Notes under the pieces: model-generated
The model's database searches: none
What the model was told of the DNA's origin: nothing
The model's input: only the letters and a program-made list of their open reading frames with translations
Shown here: positions 58,294 to 64,000 of the stretch, piece after piece
Position numbering within the stretch: position 1 is the first letter of the stretch
How the letters are laid out: each line of letters begins with the position of its first letter
Translations under genes and position numbers: made by a program
Origin: Basidiobolus meristosporus CBS 931.73
Taxonomy: Eukaryota; Fungi; Basidiobolomycota
Reading direction: 5' to 3'
Assembly: GCA_002104905.1 (NCBI GenBank)
Contig: MCFE01000057.1
Location: 1-64,000 of the forward strand
Length of the DNA: 64,000 nucleotides

Positions 58294-59533
58294 TGTTGTG
58301 TTGTATTATGATTAGTTTGGGCTTGTTCTACAATGTAGAGGCTAATCAACAATATACAACAACTTCCAGTATGCTAATACTGAAATAGTTTATTGGGAGT
58401 TTGATATACCAATAGAAGATATAACTTTCACTAATTTCCTCAATCTTGGGCTCAAAATATACTGTAGGCAGTGTTTATCACTTCTACAGCAGTGTTCTGA
58501 CCTTCTGTTGACTAATGGGCTTATTTACTTTTATAGTAACTTTTCCTTATTTGGAAGTCACTTTCCTTTCTGAGAAAATATTTCCTAATATGGAAATTCT
58601 GAACTCCCCTTTAACCTAAAGGGGTGTGTTGTGGAAGTCTCTAAAGGGGTCTTTAGACCTAAAGGGGTGTCTAAAGGGGTGTCTTTAGAGTAAAGGGGCT
58701 TCTTGTAGTGGTCTCTAAAGTGGACTTTACACTAAAGGGGTGCCTAAAGGGGCTTCTTTAGAGTAAAGGGGTTTCTTAAAGGGGTCTCTAAAGGGGTCTT
58801 TAGACTAAAGGGGTGTCTAAAGGGGTGTCTTTAGAGTAAAGGGGTTTCTTAGAGGGGACTTTTCCGACAGAAAAGTGGTAGTTTCTTGTAGAACTTAGAT
58901 TGGATTCTTGTGAGCTTTGCAGTCTCTTTACTGATGTAGTACCGATCAAAGTCAGAATACTCAACAGTGCAAGTAATGCAGGGGAAGTCTTATAACCTTT
59001 AAACTTGTAATTGTAGTGTGGAGATTCTGGAAAGAGAGGCTCTCTTTATTTTTCAGCTGGGGAAGTCATATATATGAAAATCTTGAAGGATCAAAGTTTT
59101 TGGGCGATTGCGCAAGCAATACACGTGATACGAAGCTAAAATTTTGCAGTGGCGCAGATCGGACATAGGCGCAGCACCTGTGAAAATTTCACGTGACTTG
59201 ATTGGCTGGTTCGAAAGTTACACGCGATCAAAGTCACCATAGTAATCCTAGCAATAAGGCATAGTATATATAATAGTTGGACTCTTTTGGTCATAACTCC
59301 TTAAGTACTGCTTCAAATGAGCTGTAATTTGAAACATGTGTTGGCTACTATGTGTTCTGTATGACATAATATTCTTGGGTGGATTGCTTGTCAGGGTCTG
59401 GAGCATTTGCTCTTCAAAGTTGGTAATTCTTGATCTTTCTCTTGTGTATTACGATAGCAAAAAGCAAAATAAAGAAATGAGTGCAATATTGGTTTAGAGA
59501 TATTGTAGTAATGGAATACTTTCCATTACCACA
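58294..59533 (-). mobile_element. Solo LTR (1240 bp) of a third family, 4-bp TSD ATAC
   Basis: TG...CA termini. ATAC at 58290-58293 and 59534-59537; the copia host is continuous across it. Promoter-like patch (CCAAT, two CACGTG, TATA-like) at ~59070-59230. Confidence 0.8.
58606..58857 (+). repeat. TAAAGGGG repeat array
   Basis: 13 exact TAAAGGGG copies, 2 variants and 1 inverted copy. A ~59-bp higher-order unit occurs at ~58639-58698 and ~58786-58844. Confidence 0.95.
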
Positions 59534-59789
59534 ATACATCCCTGCACTTCATTAGCTTTGTTGCTTTGATATTGCAGAGTCTGTATGCTTTACTCTCATT
59601 GCAGTAGCCCAAAAATAAGCATTTCACACTTTTTGGCTCAAACTTTGACTGATTTCTGGGCAGTTTCTTGGCATATGCTGTACACCCAAATATTGTTAGA
59701 TGCTCTGCACTTGGTCAGTATCAATACCATGATTCAAATGTAGTGGAATCACAGAATATTCTGCTACAACTCCTATTTTTAAGGTATAC

Positions 59790-61100
59790 AAGAAATGCAT
59801 GGTATTCTGATGTTCTTGATGCACTCTAAATTCATTTGAGCAGACCAAGCTGGCCAATGCATCCAAAAAAATTGTCTTATATGACAAGAAACCTGATGGT
59901 GTTATGATGGTCTCATTACAAACCTCTGCTGGCATTGTAACAGCAGTACAGTAGCCTACAGCTAGTTCTGCATAATGTCACAGCACCAATTTACCAAATG
60001 GCACTTTGTAGTTCTACTGCCCTTTGCATCATTCCTACTTTCTACTGCAGACTCACCCCTTGTTTTTTTTGCTAAGCCACTGCTACCTTGGGTAATTCAC
60101 ACAAAGCTGAAATCAAAAAACTACAGCCTTGTGCTTACTAATCTGTATATATGCTTGCACCTGCTGCAATTGACATACTTCTATCAGCTAAACTTTTTGG
60201 CTTTTTAGTATAATGCTTGCAAAGTTGGCATACACCTTGTATTGCTTGTAGCATATATATCTTGCACAAATATGTTTGGTTGCTGCCACTATTGCCATAA
60301 ATACCTCCTGAATATCTACTAATAGCTTTTTGGCATTTAGCCAATATATTTTATTGCCCTGCCAGATTCCAGTATCTCTTAAGGAAGCACTCTGGTTCAT
60401 GTTTGTGTTAATTATTTATTGCACAGTGTAGAAACTGACTTTTGACAAGAGAAACCTGACGTACTTTTGTAAAGCTGTCCTAAATGAAAATTATTGCTGA
60501 TTGTGTCCAACCCAACCATGCATAGCTTAAATGACTACCCAGGTATTGGGGTTGCTTTGCTTCTTAATGCCAAAGGCAGAAGTGTCACCATTGGCACATC
60601 TGTCCTCAATATTTCCAACTCTTTGCTGGCTATCCTCTATATATCAGCTCATCACATATTTGACAGAATAAAATGTTGTATTCTTGATGAGATTGGCATA
60701 CAACAGTACCTGCAACTTAGCTCATCTACCTATCTCCCTACAAATCTGCTCCACAGGAAACTCCCAAAAGGTGAAGCAAAGCCCAGTATTGTCCACACAC
60801 TTAGCAAGATGGAGTAGATAAGGGATACAGAAGCGGCAGAGATCTATGAGTTCAGCTTTATGCTAGTAGTATAGACACTCAAATCCTGTCACAAACTCCT
60901 GCATGAATACTGGAGAAATGTTAAATTTGCATAGGTGATCTGCTTCTGGATATAAGCATTGCTACACTCTCAACATATGACTCTCAATGCTTGCAATGTA
61001 CTCTTGGTAGAAATGGTTTCAGAAGGCCACTTGAAACAACACATATCCAGCTCATCCAGTCCTTGCATTTGAATGGTTTCATATGAGTATAAATATTTAT
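59790..61100 (-). pseudogene. Degenerate CACTA/EnSpm(CMC)-like transposase fragment
   Basis: Minus-strand translation: FKCKDWMSWI...LLKPFLP...H*ESYV and FVTGFECLYY*HK...YLLHLAKCVDNTGLCFTFWEFPVEQIC...LLYANL. This resembles the LLHL...GP..W.F..ER region of CACTA-type transposases. No termini found. Confidence 0.6.
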
Positions 61101-61114
61101 AAGTAATTTTCTGT

Positions 61115-62316
61115 GGACAGTTTTGCAACATAATTATTGGATACAAGATAATTGTTGGAGATTTAATCATAATACATGGAAAATCAGATATATTATACTG
61201 AATGCGCCAAATCAGTTCAAATTACACTTACTCCATTGCATACCAACCTTGATATGACTTACTCATCTGAGTGGTCTTTTCTCATCATTTGCATCACTAC
61301 CACTAAATTTCCTTTTGACACATTAGGGGTCAACAATAACAAGTACTGTAGACCATCTATCCTAATCTACTCAAGGAGATCCCTTGTCAAGCCTCTCTGC
61401 TATCACAAGAACTATTGCACTTCAAGGTCAAATCCCACCATCTATGGCAACAAATGTCCTAGAAGCTTGCATTGGCAGCTGAAAGCAATAGAGAACCACC
61501 TTGCAAGGGGTATGAATGATCCAGAACATGCTTGGAACACTAGGTTCACAAGCACTGATAGACTTTATATCCAGAGTTTTAGTTATAGGTTCCATATAAG
61601 GAGTATTTTGAATACCTTCCCAGTCAGGTTTAACAGACCTTCTCAAGGGCAGAGGTATTTTATTCTGCCAAGTGTAAGACACACTGTGTGAAGTCTCAAG
61701 GACTGTCTGACATTGAGGGAAACATCATCTGACTTAGTGGGCCATTTGCTGGAAGTAGGTAGGACAAAGCACTCTGAACAGAGAATCATTCAGTATTCAG
61801 TAGGGGAAACAAAGGTGTGGCAGACTAAGCTTATACATGAGATGTATGTCAGAGATTAGGATATATTACAGCTTATGTAAAGCAAAGAAATGGCATGCTT
61901 AGCAGGAAGCAGAAGCTCTACAGCAAGATTTTAATCATTTCAGAGTGAAAGTAGATACATACATTTGGATATCTAAAGAGATGCAGCATACTTGCAGGCA
62001 AACACAGAGGAAAGTCCTATAAGGAAGAAAATGGCAGAATTGGTAAATATTCAAGATACTTAATAATGCACAGTGTGTTCATACATGAAGCCATCCACTG
62101 AGAGAAATGTACGCAAAGCATCATGAAGAGTAAATACAGCAAGAAAGAAACTATCTTGAGCAAAATAAGCAAGACCAAGTAGAGTTATCAGTAGCTGTAT
62201 CCTACCACTGGCACAATCCTAGAGATTGTAGTGGCAGATGATGCCATAAAGTGCCAGATAAATCTAGCACTATAACTGAGCTGGCTATATATGTGACTAT
62301 CTAACAGAACAAGTCT
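61115..62316 (+). mobile_element. Second, 5'-truncated and decayed copy of the PHIS element (transposase pseudogene 61254-62133)
   Basis: Colinear with 56570-57765 with stops and frameshifts. Ends ...AGAACAAGTCT followed by AAT (62317-62319). No left TIR seen. Confidence 0.88.
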
Positions 62317-62499
62317 AATAGATATAGAGTCATATATCTGAAAGAAAGTAGAAAGTTAGTGCTATAAATTAGTCCTACAGTGACTAAAACTAGTCCAGAA
62401 CAGTTAAGTAGACTTTTAGCAGCTGAATATACCAGATATCTTGATATTTCTCTGCTCATCTTCAACTAAACCAGATGAGAAACTATTACAATGATCCCA

Positions 62500-63973
62500 T
62501 CAAAGGCAATCACAAGTTTAAAGGCCCATGTATAGGAGGTATTAGTTCCATAAGGACACCATGCAAAGATGGTCAAAAAATAATTGCACCCCCAATTTCA
62601 CAAAAAACTTGTAAATATTTTTCATCACAACAATACATAAGTTTTTTTTGGTTCTCTGCCAGTTTCTCACTTTCTGATCCCAAACACCCTATCACCTCCT
62701 ACACATGTGTTCATTGAGTGGCTATTTCCTCTTTTGTACACTCCCAACTACTTACCCCAGCCATTTCTCTTATTTTTCTTACACACAAGTTGACTTATTT
62801 TTATTGAAACTTCAGTTGAGCCTCAATTGCCAATTGTACTGACCTTTACAAGTCCCTGTACACTACACCAACATTAAGCCTAACCCTGCACTCAACAAGT
62901 AGCTTCATTTAAATCCACCACTCAATAAACATAACTGCTGTAATGCTCTGTTTCCATGACTTTGGCTGGAACCCTACAGCTGTATGCCACTGTTCAATCA
63001 CTGGTTCCAATACATCTTGGTCTTCAGCCAGCACATCAAGGTCTATCACCTCATCTGCCAGTCCTTCCAATAAATCCTTGCAATATTCAAGTGTATTTTC
63101 TTGAGCACTGCTCTTGAAGAAATGCTGCAACCTCTAGGTGTGCTTATTAATGTTCCAAAATTCCACTAAAGGCATTATGAAAGCCTTGTGAGTTCTTGAC
63201 ATTGTTACTTTGTCTGTTGGTAGGATCTCCACTCTGTCAACAATAGAGGATGTAAAGGCTGTGGTAGACAAATTACCTTTCTCCGCAAACTCATCTACCA
63301 CACTGCAGTATAGCTCAACTGGCTGTGCTTCCAACTTTTGTGAAAGCAGCATATTTTTTGTTGATAATTATTCTTGGCTATGAAGGAAATCTGTCTGTTC
63401 CAGGTTTACAGCATTAATCTGCAGGAGCTGCAGCTTTTTTCTCATGCTTTCCCCTCTTGCTGGCCTGAGTAGACTTTATTCCCTTTAGCTTTTCCTTTAT
63501 CACTGTCAGGTCTTTGACTGCTACTTTGTCTGAGTGCTACATGTATCAAACTACATTTTCTCAAGAAATGCTACTTGGGTGTAAATGTCTTGGTCTCCTT
63601 ACCCCATGCTGGCACTCTGAGGGCAAATAATGCTATTAGCCCACTTGTTTTGAGCTCTAAGCCCTTGATGTAACTGGCTCCAATGTAGCTGGTGGTTTTC
63701 ATCACTGCCAGGTCCTTTGGTGCTCTTTTGATTGTGTGTTTCTTGAGTGGAACTATGCTTTTTCCATGATAAATGTTGTACTAATGCATCTGTGTCTGCC
63801 TGCTTGTCCCTTATTGGCACTCTTCCAGCTACCTGATTTCTACTCAACACTTGTTTGGAGCTTTTAACCCTGCTTTCAACAGGCTCTTGAGGGAGCTGGT
63901 GGTTTTTGGCCATTGCACCTGTGTTTGTCTGCCTTGGAAAGTTTTGGCTATTCTTGAGACAGTTTCTCAGCAT
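62500..63973 (-). pseudogene. Unidentified degenerate coding sequence, probably TE-derived
   Basis: ORFs 62909-63130 and 63134-63352 share a frame, which continues with scattered stops to ~62500. CpG-depleted; contains an internal duplicated KPPA..EPV.SR..SSKQV unit. Confidence 0.4.
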
Positions 63974-64000
63974 ACTAATGCCAGCCCAAAATCAATTTGC

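Larger units (their letters stand above)
53915..59790 (-). mobile_element. Heavily deleted copia pol relic hosting the PHIS element and a solo LTR
   Basis: Copia RNase H/RT/IN homology at 53915-54337, 57769-58293 and 59538-59790. Confidence 0.8.

Noticed and set aside
58606-58857. Repeat array as CRISPR-like
   Set aside because: Units are 8 bp with short, repetitive spacers, there are no cas genes, and the context is a eukaryotic LTR.
63860-63940. Possible Zn2Cys6 cluster (RCNGQKPP...RAC)
   Set aside because: Cys spacing is incomplete, and comparison with the duplicated unit shows the conserved frame is a different one.
40288-64000. RIP as the cause of TE decay
   Set aside because: The clearest diagnostic changes are at CpG. 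CpA/TpG changes exist, but I could not quantify them by eye, so RIP is neither supported nor excluded.
1-64000. tRNA, rRNA or other structured RNA genes
   Set aside because: None recognised by eye; tRNAscan-SE and Infernal would be needed to exclude them.

Overview
Eukaryotic genomic DNA from an intron-rich, early-diverging-type fungus. A Zoopagomycota/Basidiobolus-like source is my guess, not demonstrated. The window has three parts. (1) About 1-7.8 kb: a CpG-depleted block of rearranged Ty1/copia retrotransposons. (2) About 7.9-40.3 kb: a CpG-normal gene island with urease, enoyl-CoA hydratase, PAP2 phosphatase, GH18 chitinase, coatomer zeta, a TLC-domain protein, GPI8, a RasGAP, a CAP protein, three Kre9/KNH-like surface proteins, UBC7, a five-repeat Myb protein, a HAUS8/QWRF-like protein and a bestrophin-like channel. 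(3) About 40.3-64 kb: a CpG-depleted nest of copia elements, two unrelated solo LTRs, a CACTA-like transposase relic and two copies of a PHIS-superfamily DNA transposon. Main observations: a complete 3.4-kb two-gene PHIS element (25-bp TIRs, AAT target duplication, intact DDE transposase, divergent Myb/trihelix-like partner broken by one TGA); direct evidence of CpG deamination confined to the TE blocks, with small CpG-retaining motifs that escape it; a copia PBS matching the initiator-tRNA anticodon loop whose ATG is in frame with Gag; a TAAAGGGG array inside a solo LTR; and a five-repeat Myb protein with a mitochondrial-presequence-like N-terminus. All counts and exon calls were made by hand; no searches were run.
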